From contig CAVOFT010000001.1 in the NCBI GenBank assembly GCA_963695095.1, positions 2,667,849 through 2,731,848 on the forward strand: a stretch of DNA of 64,000 bases, read 5' to 3'. Shown in pieces: positions 9,616 to 19,845 of this stretch (its first letter is position 1; every line of letters starts with the position of its first letter). Source of the stretch: an uncultured bacterium. Its GTDB lineage: Bacteria > Krumholzibacteriota > Krumholzibacteriia > JACNKJ01. The notes under the pieces are model-generated. The model did no database searches. It saw nothing but the letters and a program-made list of their open reading frames with translations, and was not told the origin of the DNA. Made by a program: the position numbers and the translations under genes.

Positions 9616-10416
9616 CTAGTGGCGCGCCGCGCCCAGCTCGATGACACGGATCGAGCCGTTGGGGCACAGGTCGATGAGGGTTTCGTCCGCGGGAGCCTGC
9701 GCGTAGTCGACGCGGGCCAGCCAGTCCGTGACGAGGATGCCGCCGGCGGCCGCCTTCTCGCACTTCTTGCAGCCGATGCAGGCCACCTGGCAGGCCTTGC
9801 GCGCCAAGGGCCCCTTGTCGGTGTTGCTGCAGAGCACGTGGATGCGCGCGCTCTCGGGCACGAGCTCGATGATGCCCTTCGGGCAGGCCGCCACGCAATG
9901 CCCGCAGGCCGTGCAGCGCTCGGGGATGATGCGGGCGATCCCGCTCTCGAGGATCTCGATGGCGCCGAAGGAGCAGGCCTCCTGGCAATCGCCGAGGCCG
10001 AGGCAGCCCTGCAGGCAGAGCTTGTCGCCGCCGCCGAGCTGGGCGGCGCTGGCGCAGCTGGCCATGCCGTTGTAGAGAAAGCGCCGCGGCGCGAGGTCGC
10101 TGCCGCCCTGGCAGTGCACCAGGGCCACCCGCCGCTCCTTGAGCTCGACGCTGAGCCCCATCAGGGCGGCCACGGCCTGCGCCGTGGCGGCACCCCCCAC
10201 CGGACAGCCATCCGGAGGCGCCTTGCCGCCCACCACGGCGCCGGCGAAGTCATTGCATCCGGCAAAGCCGCAGCCGCCGCAGTTGGCGCCGGGCAGCAGA
10301 TCCAGGAGCGCTTCCTGTCGGGGATCGATCTCCACGGCGAAGAAGCGCGCGGCCCAGCCGAGCCCCAGACCGGAGATGAGCCCGAGGCCGGCGAGCACTG
10401 TGGTGGCGATGAGCAT
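9616..10416 (-). CDS. rnfB: Rnf complex subunit B (N-terminal TM helix plus a Cys-rich cluster region and 4Fe-4S dicluster ferredoxin domain).
   Basis: MLIATTVLAGLGLISGLGLGWAARFFAVE..., CGGCGFAGCNDFAGAVV..., CTACGHCVAACPKGIIE, CIGCKKCEKA. The ORF is intact. Confidence 0.85.
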   Translation of the reverse strand: MLIATTVLAGLGLISGLGLGWAARFFAVEIDPRQEALLDLLPGANCGGCGFAGCNDFAGAVVGGKAPPDGCPVGGAATAQAVAALMGLSVELKERRVALVHCQGGSDLAPRRFLYNGMASCASAAQLGGGDKLCLQGCLGLGDCQEACSFGAIEILESGIARIIPERCTACGHCVAACPKGIIELVPESARIHVLCSNTDKGPLARKACQVACIGCKKCEKAAAGGILVTDWLARVDYAQAPADETLIDLCPNGSIRVIELGAARH

Positions 10417-10436
10417 CGATGCCCTCCTGCGTCGGC

Positions 10437-11027
10437 TCAGACGAGCCCGGCAAAGCCCATGAATGCCAGCGAGAGGATGCCGGCCGTGATGAGCGCGATG
10501 GCGGTGCCCTTGAAGGCCCGCGGGGTGTCGGCCAGATCCAGCACCTCGCGGATCCCCGAAAAGAGAAGAATGGCCAGGCCGAAGCCGACGGCGCCGGCGA
10601 AGCCGAAGAGGGCGGTCTGGAGCAGGTTGTGCTCGTTCTGGATGTTCAGCACCGCGACGCCCAGCACCGCGCAGTTGGTGGTGATCAGCGGCAGGAAGAT
10701 GCCCAGGGACCGGTAGAGCGGCGGGCTCAGCTTCTGCAGCGCGAGCTCCACCAGCTGGACCATGGCGGCGATGATGAGGATGAAGGCGAGGATCTGCAGG
10801 AAGCGCAGGTCCTGCGGCACCAGGGTGGCGCCCGGCTTCAGCACGCCGTGATAGACGAGCCAGCTCACCACGCTGGCCAGGGTCATCACGAAGATGACGG
10901 CGCCGGTCATGCCCAGCGCCGTGCCGAGCTTCTTGGAGACGCCCAGGAACGGGCAGATGCCGAGGAAGCGGCTGAGGACGAAGTTGTTGACCAAGACGGC
11001 GCTGATCGCCAGGAGCAGCAGGTCCAC
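10437..11027 (-). CDS. rnfA: Rnf complex subunit A (6-TM).
   Basis: [54 protein letters not shown]...[17 protein letters not shown]... is a classic RnfA/NqrE-family sequence. The ORF is intact. Confidence 0.9.
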   Translation of the reverse strand: MDLLLLAISAVLVNNFVLSRFLGICPFLGVSKKLGTALGMTGAVIFVMTLASVVSWLVYHGVLKPGATLVPQDLRFLQILAFILIIAAMVQLVELALQKLSPPLYRSLGIFLPLITTNCAVLGVAVLNIQNEHNLLQTALFGFAGAVGFGLAILLFSGIREVLDLADTPRAFKGTAIALITAGILSLAFMGFAGLV

Positions 11028-11029
11028 GG

Positions 11030-11155
11030 CAGCCTCCTCGGGGCCTAACCCCGCTGATGCGGCATAATTAAGACCAGCGACCCGCCTCGCTCAAGGGACT
11101 TGTGAAAAATGGTACATGTCGCAAGCTATCGTCGATGGCGGCGGCCGGGGCGCCT
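11030..11155 (-). promoter_or_regulatory. AT-rich 125-bp spacer between nuoI and rnfA in an otherwise 70% GC region. Candidate internal sigma70-like promoter for rnfABCDGE, e.g. CTTGAG-N18-TTAATT(A), or TTCACA as an alternative -35.
   Basis: Minus-strand sequence ...ttgcgacatgtaccatttttcacaagtcccttgagcgaggcgggtcgctggtcttaattatgccgcatcagcgggg...ATG(rnfA). It is the only notable GC dip inside the nuo-rnf gene string. No specific motif is convincingly assigned. Confidence 0.25.
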
Positions 11156-11677
11156 TCAGGCCCGGCCGCGGACGCCATCGCCCAGCTCCTGCTCGCGCTC
11201 CAGGGCCGGCCGCTTGTACTGCTCGTAGTCGCTGAGCAGCTTGGCCTTGTCGAAAACCAGCTCCTCGCGGCTGTGGCTGGCCACCTCGTAGAGGTCGCTC
11301 ATCACGATGGCCTCCTTGGGGCAGGCCTCCTCGCAGTAGCCGCAGTTGATGCAGCGGCCCATGTCGATGTCGAACTCCTCGGGCACCCGCTCGCGCATCT
11401 CCTGATCGCGAAATTCGCCGATCTTGATGGTGATCGCCCGCGGTGGGCAGACGACTTCGCAGAGCTTGCAGGCCACGCACTTCTCGATGCCGTCGGCGCC
11501 CATCACGAGGCGCGGCATGCCGCGGAAGCCCGGCGGCGTCGGCCAGCGCTGCTCGGGGTAGGCCTGCACCACCGAGCGGTGGAACATGTTGCGGAAGGTG
11601 ATGCCCAGCCCCCCCACGATCGCAGGCAGGTAGAGCCGCTCGAACCAGCCTTGCTTGATCTGGCGCTTAACCTTCAT
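11156..11677 (-). CDS. nuoI: NADH-quinone oxidoreductase subunit I-like protein (2x[4Fe-4S] ferredoxin, NuoI/TYKY family).
   Basis: MKVKRQIKQGWFERLYLPAIVGGLGITFRNMFHRSVVQAYPEQRWPTPPGFRGMPRLVMGADGIEKCVACKLCEVVCPPRAITIKIGEF...FDIDMGRCINCGYCEEACPKEAIVMSDLYEVASHSREELVFDKAKLL aligns along its length with NuoI (YPEE..P..FRG...G.E.CVAC.LC...CP..AI...RCI.CG.CEEACP). The start lies inside track ORF 11156..11983 and overlaps the nuoG 3' end by about 10 nt. Confidence 0.85.
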   Translation of the reverse strand: MKVKRQIKQGWFERLYLPAIVGGLGITFRNMFHRSVVQAYPEQRWPTPPGFRGMPRLVMGADGIEKCVACKLCEVVCPPRAITIKIGEFRDQEMRERVPEEFDIDMGRCINCGYCEEACPKEAIVMSDLYEVASHSREELVFDKAKLLSDYEQYKRPALEREQELGDGVRGRA

Positions 11678-13511
11678 GCCGACCTGCGACCTCCAGGCTG
11701 CTCGCCGCGGCCGCGGCGAGCAGGGGCGCGAACCAATCCGTGTCCAGCGGCCGGCGCCCGGCCACCGGGGTCCAGCTCTGCAGCCGTCGCGCGAGACCCC
11801 AGCTGTTCGTGAGCGTGCCGACCAGGTCGATGGGCGCCCGCCGGGCGAGCACCACCGCTGCCGTGGCGCGCGCCGCGGCCAGGCCGCCGCTCTGCACGAT
11901 GAGGGCGCCGCCGGCCAGGTCCAGGGCTTGCTCCCAGCGGGCGGGATCCGCGAAATCCGCAGCCGGATCGAGGCCGAAGGCATAGACGAGGTCCGCTTCG
12001 CCGCCCTCGAGTAGCCCGAGCGGATCCGGCCCCGGAGCCGTGGCCGCGGCCGCCAGCAGGCCGCGGCGATTCATCCCCTCGAGCAGCCAGAGCAGGCGGG
12101 TTTCGCCCCCGCGCGCCGCCAGCGTCGCCAGGAAGCGTGCGTCGATGGCCCCGCTGGTCACCAGCCGATTGCTGAGGGCCACCAGCAGTCCGCCGGGCTC
12201 GGCGAGGAACTGCGCGCCTTCGCCGGCCAGCCAGGTGGCCGGCGACGCGCTGATGCGCTGCCACCGGTGATTGCCTTCGCCGAGCGGAGCCCAGGCGCCT
12301 TCCTGGACGAGGGTGACCGCGCCGGCCGTCTCGCCGGCCGCCCCGCCGAGCAGGCGCAAGGCCAGCAGCGGATGGGCCAGCTCCGGATCCTCCCCCAGCA
12401 CGAGCACGCGCTGGAAGCGGCCGAGGCCGGCGAGCGTGTCGAGTTCCAGGCCCGAGCGCGTCAGGGCGGCGAGAAAATCCAGCTCGGCGGCGAGGGCCGG
12501 ATAGGGGCGGGCCGCGGTGCCCAGGGCCAGCGCGAGGGCGCCCAGGGCCGCCAGTTCCTCATCGGTGGCGCGACTGCCGACGACCAGCAGCGGCTGCTTC
12601 GCGGCGGCAAGCAGCTCCCGCGCCCGCGCGGCGGCCTCCTCGGTATCGACGGGCACCTGCACGCCCTGCCGGCGCACGAGGCTCTCGGCCAGGCCGGCCT
12701 CCAGGGGATAGTCGAAGCGGCCGCGATCGCAGAGCCACCAGGCGTTGACCTCGTGGTCGACATCCGCCGTCACCCGCTGCAGCGCGGGGCCTTTCCACCA
12801 GCTCGTGAGCGAGCAGCCGAGCGAGCAGCCGCCGCAGCTGCTGGCCACGGCGCGCATTTCCCAGGGTCGCGCCTGGAAGCGGAATTCCCGCGTCGTCAGG
12901 GCGCCGACCGGGCAGATGTCGGCGAGGTTGCCGGTGAAGCCGCTGGTCAGCGGCTGGCCCTCGAAGATGTCCACGCTGACGTGGTCGCCGCGCAGGCGCA
13001 GGAAGAGCTCCTCGCGGCCCACGATGTCGCGCTGGTAGCGCACGCAGCGGCTGCAGAGGATGCAGCGCTCGGCGTCGAAGATGATGTGCTCGCCGATCAC
13101 GCGGTGCTTGACAGCGGTGTTCTTGGCGTCCGCCATGCGACTGTGGCCGGGTCCGTGCCGGCGCGTGGTCTCCTGCAGGGGGCACTCGCCGCCCTTGTCG
13201 CAGATCGGGCAGTCCAGGGGATGGTTGATGAGGATGAACTCGAGCACGCCCTGCCGAGCCTTGTGCACCTTCTCCGAGTTCGTCGTGATCTCCATCCCGG
13301 CGGCGGCGCTCAGCGTGCAGCCGGGCACGAGCTTGGGCGCGCCTTTCATTTCCACCAGGCACATGCGGCAATTGCCGTCCACGCCGATGCCGGGGTGATA
13401 GCAGAAGTGCGGGATCTCGTCGCCCAGCTCGGTGGAGAGCTCGATGAGCGGCTTGCCGGCCTCGGTCTCGATCTCGCGGCCGTTGTAGATCATCGTCACC
13501 TTGTCGGGCAT
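11667..13511 (-). CDS. nuoG: NADH-quinone oxidoreductase subunit G-like protein (75-kDa Fe-S subunit, 614 aa), with an Ala-rich, apparently degenerate C-terminal molybdopterin-like half.
   Basis: N-terminal 2Fe-2S ferredoxin fold (CYHPGIGVDGNCRMCLVE), HPLDCPICDKGGECPLQ, CILCSRCVRYQRDIVG, ICPVGALT, CGGCSLGCSL. The ORF is intact and its ATG shares one base with the nuoBD stop (TGATG). Confidence 0.85.
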   Translation of the reverse strand: MPDKVTMIYNGREIETEAGKPLIELSTELGDEIPHFCYHPGIGVDGNCRMCLVEMKGAPKLVPGCTLSAAAGMEITTNSEKVHKARQGVLEFILINHPLDCPICDKGGECPLQETTRRHGPGHSRMADAKNTAVKHRVIGEHIIFDAERCILCSRCVRYQRDIVGREELFLRLRGDHVSVDIFEGQPLTSGFTGNLADICPVGALTTREFRFQARPWEMRAVASSCGGCSLGCSLTSWWKGPALQRVTADVDHEVNAWWLCDRGRFDYPLEAGLAESLVRRQGVQVPVDTEEAAARARELLAAAKQPLLVVGSRATDEELAALGALALALGTAARPYPALAAELDFLAALTRSGLELDTLAGLGRFQRVLVLGEDPELAHPLLALRLLGGAAGETAGAVTLVQEGAWAPLGEGNHRWQRISASPATWLAGEGAQFLAEPGGLLVALSNRLVTSGAIDARFLATLAARGGETRLLWLLEGMNRRGLLAAAATAPGPDPLGLLEGGEADLVYAFGLDPAADFADPARWEQALDLAGGALIVQSGGLAAARATAAVVLARRAPIDLVGTLTNSWGLARRLQSWTPVAGRRPLDTDWFAPLLAAAAASSLEVAGRHEG

Positions 13512-15232
13512 CAGCGGTCACACTCCCCCATGACGGGATCCAGACTGGCGATGATGGCCACGGCATCGGCGATCATCGCCCCCTCGAGCATCGTGCGCAG
13601 GATCTGCAGGTTGTTGAAGGACGGACTGCGAATCTTGCAGCGATAGGGGTGGGCACTGCCGTCGCTGACGAGGTAGAAGCCCAGCTCGCCCTTGGGCGCT
13701 TCGATCGCCGTGTAGACCTGGCCCAGCGGCGGCCGGATGCCCTCGGAGATGAGCTTGAAGTGGTGGATCAACTCCTCCATCGAGTCCAGAACCCGCTCCC
13801 GGGCGGGCAGCACGTAGTCGCGGTTGTCCGAACTCACCGGGCCGTCCGGCAGCTCGGCGATGGCCTGGCGCACGATCTTGGCGCTCTGGCGCATCTCCTC
13901 GATGCGGACGAGGTAGCGGTCCATGCAGTCGCCGCGCTCGCCGGTCACCGACTCGAAGTCGAACAGCTCGTAGTCGAGATAGGGCGCCGCCTTGCGGATG
14001 TCGAAATCGACGCCCGCGGCGCGCAGGATGGGACCCGTGAGCCCGTAGCCGATCGCCTGCTCGGCGCTGATGATGCCCACGTCCACGTTGCGGTCCAGCC
14101 AGATGCGGTTCTTGTTGAGCAGGCCCTCCACCTCGCCGAGGGTCTTCTCGCACTCGTCGAGGAAGGCGAGCACCTTGTCCGTCCAGCCGGCGGGCAGGTC
14201 GCGGGCCACGCCGCCGATGCGCGTGTAGCTGGTGGTCAGGCGCGTGCCCGTGAGCTCCTCGAACAGGTTGTAGAGCAGTTCGCGCATCTGGAAGGTGTAG
14301 AAGAAGACCGTCCCCGCGCCGAGATCGAGGGCGTAGGTGCCCACCGAGAGCAGATGGGCGCTGATGCGCGCCAGCTCGGCGGCGATCACCCGGATGCGCT
14401 TGGCGCGCACGGGAATGTCCAGGCCGATCAGGTTCTCGACGGCGAGCGCGTAGGCCACGTTGTTGGACAGCGGGCTCATGTAGTCGAGGCGGTCCGTGTA
14501 GGGCAGGTAGTTGTGGTAGGTCTTCTCCTCGGCGATCTTCTCGTAGCCCCGGTGCAGGTAGCCCACGTGCGGCTGGCAGCGGACGATGATCTCGCCGTCC
14601 AGCTCCAGCACCAGGCGCAGGACCCCGTGCGTCGCCGGATGCTGGGGTCCCATGTTGAGGATCATCGTGCCGTCGCGGCTGGGCTCCAGGCGGGTCTCGA
14701 TGCCGGGCATGGGAATCTTGGGCGCATAGTGCTCGCGCGGCGCGTCCTTGAAGCTCTCGCGATCGACCACCCCACGCTGCATCTTGAGCAGGGCATCGAG
14801 CAGGGCATCCGGGCGCGGCGGGCAGCCGGGCAGGTAGACGTCCACCGGGATCACCCGGTCCAGCCCCTGCACCACCGAGTAGCTGTCGAACATGCCGCCC
14901 GTGCACAGGCAGGTGCCCATGGCGATCACGTACTTGGGCTCGAGCATCTGGTCGTAGATGCGCCGCACCACGGGGGCCATCTTGTTGGTGAGCGTGCCGG
15001 CGACGATCATCAGGTCGCTCTGGCGGGGCGAGAAGCGCATCGCCTCGGCGCCGAAGCGGGCCATGTCGTAGCGGCTGGCCACGGTGGCCATCATCTCGAT
15101 CGCGCAGCAGGAGATGCCCATCGGCATCGGCCAGAGCGAGTTCTTGCGCGCCCAGTTGCTCGCCTTGTCGACCGTCGTCGTGAGGACGTCGACGCCGAAA
15201 CCCTGGGACTGCGGATCGGGCTTGCTGCTCAT
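13511..15232 (-). CDS. Fused NuoB-NuoD protein (complex-I 20-kDa and 49-kDa subunit homologues in one polypeptide, about 45-aa linker, no NuoC module).
   Basis: N-terminal NuoB: [13 protein letters not shown]...[15 protein letters not shown]...[65 protein letters not shown], with the N2-cluster cysteines. C-terminal NuoD: [50 protein letters not shown]...[13 protein letters not shown]...[45 protein letters not shown]. There are no NiFe-hydrogenase Cys motifs. It is a single intact ORF (track 13511..15295; the first ATG giving MSSKPD is about 15232). Confidence 0.85.
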   Translation of the reverse strand: MSSKPDPQSQGFGVDVLTTTVDKASNWARKNSLWPMPMGISCCAIEMMATVASRYDMARFGAEAMRFSPRQSDLMIVAGTLTNKMAPVVRRIYDQMLEPKYVIAMGTCLCTGGMFDSYSVVQGLDRVIPVDVYLPGCPPRPDALLDALLKMQRGVVDRESFKDAPREHYAPKIPMPGIETRLEPSRDGTMILNMGPQHPATHGVLRLVLELDGEIIVRCQPHVGYLHRGYEKIAEEKTYHNYLPYTDRLDYMSPLSNNVAYALAVENLIGLDIPVRAKRIRVIAAELARISAHLLSVGTYALDLGAGTVFFYTFQMRELLYNLFEELTGTRLTTSYTRIGGVARDLPAGWTDKVLAFLDECEKTLGEVEGLLNKNRIWLDRNVDVGIISAEQAIGYGLTGPILRAAGVDFDIRKAAPYLDYELFDFESVTGERGDCMDRYLVRIEEMRQSAKIVRQAIAELPDGPVSSDNRDYVLPARERVLDSMEELIHHFKLISEGIRPPLGQVYTAIEAPKGELGFYLVSDGSAHPYRCKIRSPSFNNLQILRTMLEGAMIADAVAIIASLDPVMGECDR

Positions 15233-15326
15233 CCTGCCTCCGCGCGTGGGAAACCGTGGGTCTCCAAGATACTCAGCCCGGCAGCATAATTCCACGCGGG
15301 ACTAGCGTCAATCAGACAGGCCGGTC

Positions 15327-16682
15327 TCAATCGGCCTCGGCGTCCGTGGACGCGCGCGGCAGCGGCCAGGTCAGGGCCAGCAGCGAATCGGGCAGGCTGT
15401 AAAGCGTGGGATAGTCCAGGCGGCGCAGGGCCCGGCGACCCTGGCGACCGGGGCCGATCTCGAAGCCCAGTTCGCTGCCGTCTCTGAAGTGCAGCGTGAA
15501 GCGCTGGGCCTCGCTCGCCAGCCCCCAGTCGGCGAGCTGATCGTCGCGCGGCAGCAAGGCCTCCACGCGTTCGGTGGACAGCCGCAAGAGGCTGCCCAGG
15601 AAGGCGGCGACGGCCGGTCCGTCGAGCGCGCCGCCCGCGTCGCTCTTCCAGCGCCAGTCGTCGCCGGGCTCGCGCAGGGCCCGCTGGCCCGCGGGGCCAG
15701 CGATCGTCTCCACCTGGCCGGGCATGAAAACGAGCAGCACCGGCGAGAGGAAAGCGCTGAAGGACTCGAGCAGAGGAGCGCAGGTCACCGAGTCGAGCAG
15801 GAAGGCGTGCTGGCGATCGCGATTGCGGGCGTAGCTGAGCTCGAAATGCGGCCGGCCCAGCTCGAGCAGTCCGCCCTGTTTGCCGCCCCGCAGCAGGACC
15901 GTGAGCCGGGATCTCGGCGCAGCGAAGCCGAGCCCGGTGTCGGCGTCCTCCTCGACGCCGGCGAAGCCGATGATGCTCTCGCCCCAGAGCCGCTCGATCA
16001 ACCGGCCCACGGCGAGGTAGTCGGCCGGATAGGCCTCGGGTCGCTGGATCTCCCAGCCTCGCTCCCCTCGCGCCAGCACGAAGCGCCCGCGCGCGTTTTC
16101 GAATTCGAGTCGCTCCACCTCGTCCAGCGGGATGCCGCCCAGCGGCCGCTTGTCGGCCAGCTCGTAGCGGCCCTTGAGCGCATGCGTGCGCAGCAGGCTG
16201 GAGACGAGGGCCAGCGAGTCGCGCCAGCTCACCGCCACCCAGAGCCGTTTCTCGACAGGATTGAGATCGCCGAAGCGCAGCGTGTCGACGGTGCCGCCCC
16301 GCCCCAGGCGCAGGGTCAGGCGCGGGGAGACGAGGCCGAAGGCCGCCAGCTCCGCCGGCGTCGCCGGCGGCAACCAGCGCTCCACCTTCTGGCCGGCGAG
16401 CGTGGCCAGCAGGCGCTCGATCACCACGCTGTCGCCGGCATCCGTCACGGGTGCCGTGAGCCGCCAGGGCGCCGCCGCGTCCGCGCGCTCCACGCGCAGC
16501 GTCTTCTCGGGATAGGCCAGCTCGAACCAGCGCAACTCGTCGACGGCGCGCGGGTAGAGGTAGCCCGCGGCGAGACGCTGGGCGACGAGGGCCTCGTCGC
16601 CGCGATCGCGAAGCAGGACGAGCAGGGCAGCCAGCAGCACGAGGGCCAGCGCGGCCAGGGTGAGTCGCCACCTGAGGATCAC
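15327..16682 (-). CDS. DUF4340-family protein with an N-terminal TM anchor, the usual partner of GldG-type ABC accessory proteins.
   Basis: After a GC-driven over-extension, the plausible start is VILRWRLTLAALALVLLAALLVLL..., followed by soluble repeats. Gene order ATPase-permease-GldG-DUF4340 is a conserved arrangement. Confidence 0.5.
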   Translation of the reverse strand: MILRWRLTLAALALVLLAALLVLLRDRGDEALVAQRLAAGYLYPRAVDELRWFELAYPEKTLRVERADAAAPWRLTAPVTDAGDSVVIERLLATLAGQKVERWLPPATPAELAAFGLVSPRLTLRLGRGGTVDTLRFGDLNPVEKRLWVAVSWRDSLALVSSLLRTHALKGRYELADKRPLGGIPLDEVERLEFENARGRFVLARGERGWEIQRPEAYPADYLAVGRLIERLWGESIIGFAGVEEDADTGLGFAAPRSRLTVLLRGGKQGGLLELGRPHFELSYARNRDRQHAFLLDSVTCAPLLESFSAFLSPVLLVFMPGQVETIAGPAGQRALREPGDDWRWKSDAGGALDGPAVAAFLGSLLRLSTERVEALLPRDDQLADWGLASEAQRFTLHFRDGSELGFEIGPGRQGRRALRRLDYPTLYSLPDSLLALTWPLPRASTDAEAD

Positions 16683-18103
16683 GGCTGTCCTCCTTCGCCG
16701 AGGCCGCGACGGCGGGACCACCAGAGCCGCAGCGGCCAGGCCGAGAGCACGATCAAGGGCAGGGCGACCAGGGACAGCAGCAGGTAAAGCCGCCGCCCCG
16801 ACGGCGTGATCGGCAGCAAGCGCGCCGGCGGCAGCGCGGCACCGGGGGCCACGCGCTCCTGCGCCAGCCAGCCCAATCCCCCCAGCAGCAGGCGGCCGTT
16901 GCCATACCAATCCAGGTGCGCGGCGCTGATGAAGTGGCTGTCGCCCACCACGAGCAGCGGCCCGCCGCCCTGGGCGCTGCTGTCCGAGGCGGCCGCCAGC
17001 ACGAAGGGCCCGCGGCGATCGGTCGCCTCGTCGAGGTGGGCGCTGCCGTCGAAGGGCCCGCGCTCCTCGAAGCTGCGCTCGCCGCTGATGAGCAGGGGGC
17101 CGGGCGCGCCGGGCCCCTCACCGCTGAGGTCGAGGGCTCGAGCGAGAGGAAAGCAGGACGGCTCGGGCCGGGTGAGGAAGCCGCGCGTGGCGGGGTGCGC
17201 GGCATAGCGCGTGGCCACCGGAATCTCGAAGCCGCGATCCAGGGCGATGTTCTCCTCGCTGAAGTCGACGATGAAGCCCTCGCCCAGCGCGATGCCGCGC
17301 GTGGCGAGCAGCGGACCCAGGCCCGCGTCGCGCGAGGAGTCGGCCATCTCGGCCGCGGGATCGATGAGCAGGCAGAGCGCGCCGCCCGCGGCGAGGTAGC
17401 GCTCGAGGGCGGCGAGCACGCTGGCCGGCAGGCGCTGGTGCGGACCGGGAACAAGCAGCACCCCGGCGCCGGGTGCGGGCGCGGGCTCGCTGAGCGCCCA
17501 CCAGGGAAGCACCTGCCAGCCCTCGGCGCCGAGCAGGGTCGCCAGGGCGCTCAGGCTCTCGGGCCCGGCATCCTGGCCGGCCAGGCCCAGAGGCCGCAGC
17601 CCCGGCGCCTGGGCGACGGCAAGGCGCCGTCCCCCCTCCTCGCCGCGGCCCAGGGCGATGAAGGCGCGCGCCAGAGCGCGCTCGTCGAGGGAGTAGTCGC
17701 CGGTCGCGCTGCGCTCGGCCAGCAGGCGCTCGCTGGCGCCATCCAGCTCGATGAGCAGTTCGCCGGGCTCCTGGACGCCGGCCGCCATGGCGCGCGCCGG
17801 CTCGCGCCCGGGGTCGATGAAGCGCCAGCTCAGATCCGGCCGCAGCGCCTGGCAGGCCCCCAGCAGCGCGGCGGCGCGGCTGCGCTCCGGCTCCCGGTCG
17901 GGGAGAAAGAGCGTGATGCGCGGCGCGCCCGGGAGCGCCGCCAGGCTCTCGGCCGTGCGCGCCTCGAGGCTGTGGCGCGAGCCCGCGCTCAGATCCAGCC
18001 GCCAGCGCTGCCGGCCGCCGAGAGTGAGCAGCAGCGCGGCGGCCAGCAGCAGGGTCAAGCTGCGCACCCAGATCTGGGCGCGCGCGCTCGCGGCGGTGCT
18101 CAT
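16679..18103 (-). CDS. GldG-like ABC-type transport auxiliary protein (about 475 aa).
   Basis: Start MSTAASARAQIWVRSLTLLLAAALLL (TM), a large periplasmic body, and a C-terminal TM (LYLLLSLVALPLIVLSAWPLRLWW). The track ORF 16679..18856 is over-extended upstream by about 250 codons of Arg/Pro/Ala-rich GC artefact. Confidence 0.55.
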   Translation of the reverse strand: MSTAASARAQIWVRSLTLLLAAALLLTLGGRQRWRLDLSAGSRHSLEARTAESLAALPGAPRITLFLPDREPERSRAAALLGACQALRPDLSWRFIDPGREPARAMAAGVQEPGELLIELDGASERLLAERSATGDYSLDERALARAFIALGRGEEGGRRLAVAQAPGLRPLGLAGQDAGPESLSALATLLGAEGWQVLPWWALSEPAPAPGAGVLLVPGPHQRLPASVLAALERYLAAGGALCLLIDPAAEMADSSRDAGLGPLLATRGIALGEGFIVDFSEENIALDRGFEIPVATRYAAHPATRGFLTRPEPSCFPLARALDLSGEGPGAPGPLLISGERSFEERGPFDGSAHLDEATDRRGPFVLAAASDSSAQGGGPLLVVGDSHFISAAHLDWYGNGRLLLGGLGWLAQERVAPGAALPPARLLPITPSGRRLYLLLSLVALPLIVLSAWPLRLWWSRRRGLGEGGQP

Positions 18104-18884
18104 CGGCCGCCTCCCCGCAGGGCCTGCAGACGGCGGCGCGCGAGCTCCAGCCCCAGCGCCGTGAGGACGAGGAAGTAGAGCAGGTCCGCCGTGTCGAGCA
18201 GCCCCGCGAGCAGGGGTGCCAGATGGCCGAGCGCGGACAGGCTGACCAGCGCGCCGCCTGGAAAGCCCGTCGCGCCGGGACGCGCGAAGCCGCCCAGGAT
18301 CCACAGCAGGATCAGCAGCGCAAAGCCGCCGATCGCAGCCAGCAGCGGACTGCGCGTCAGACTGCTCACGAAGAGCGACAGGGCGAGGAAGGCCGCCGCG
18401 AGCAGCCCGATGCCGGCCAGCCCCAGCAGGAAACTCGGCCAGTGCAGGCTGCCGTAGCCGGTCAGGACGAGCTTGGGCAGGCAGGCCAAGACGAGCAGGG
18501 CCAGGAAGTAGAGCCAGGCGGCCAGCCACTTGCCCAGGACGAGCCGGCCCTCGCCCACGGGACTCGTCATCAAGAGCTCGAGGGTGCCGCTCTTGCGCTC
18601 CTCGGCGATGAGGTTCATCGCGAGCAGGGGCAGGAGCAGCAGGCTGAGCAGGGCGAGGGCGCCGAGATCCTGGCGCAGCAGGCTCTCGTTGAAGTCGAGG
18701 AAGGCGGGCGCCAGTCCCTGGCTGCGCATGCGCAGGCCGATCTCGGCGTTCGCCCGCAGGTAGCCCTGGAGATTGAGGATGCTGAGCGCGCCCGCGAGCA
18801 GCAGGAAGACCCCGCCCAGGAGCCCGGCCAAGGGCGAGTTGAACAGGGCGCGCCACTCCCGGCGCAAGATTGCCGCCAGCACTC

Positions 18885-18888
<4 letters not shown>
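18100..18888 (-). CDS. ABC-2 family transporter permease (GldF-like).
   Basis: MRVLAAILRREWRALFNSPLAGLLGGVFLLLAGALSIL... has 6 predicted TM segments. The start overlaps the upstream ATPase gene's stop. Confidence 0.65.
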
Positions 18889-19814
<926 letters not shown>

Positions 19815-19845
19815 CCCTGCGAGTTAGTCCTTCGCGGCCGGCCTG

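Noticed and set aside
11156-11983. Full 275-aa ORF as the nuoI gene
   Set aside because: The first 102 codons are translated from the 3' end of nuoG in another frame and are Arg/Pro/Trp-rich. Homology to NuoI starts at the internal Met (MKVKRQ), so the gene was trimmed.
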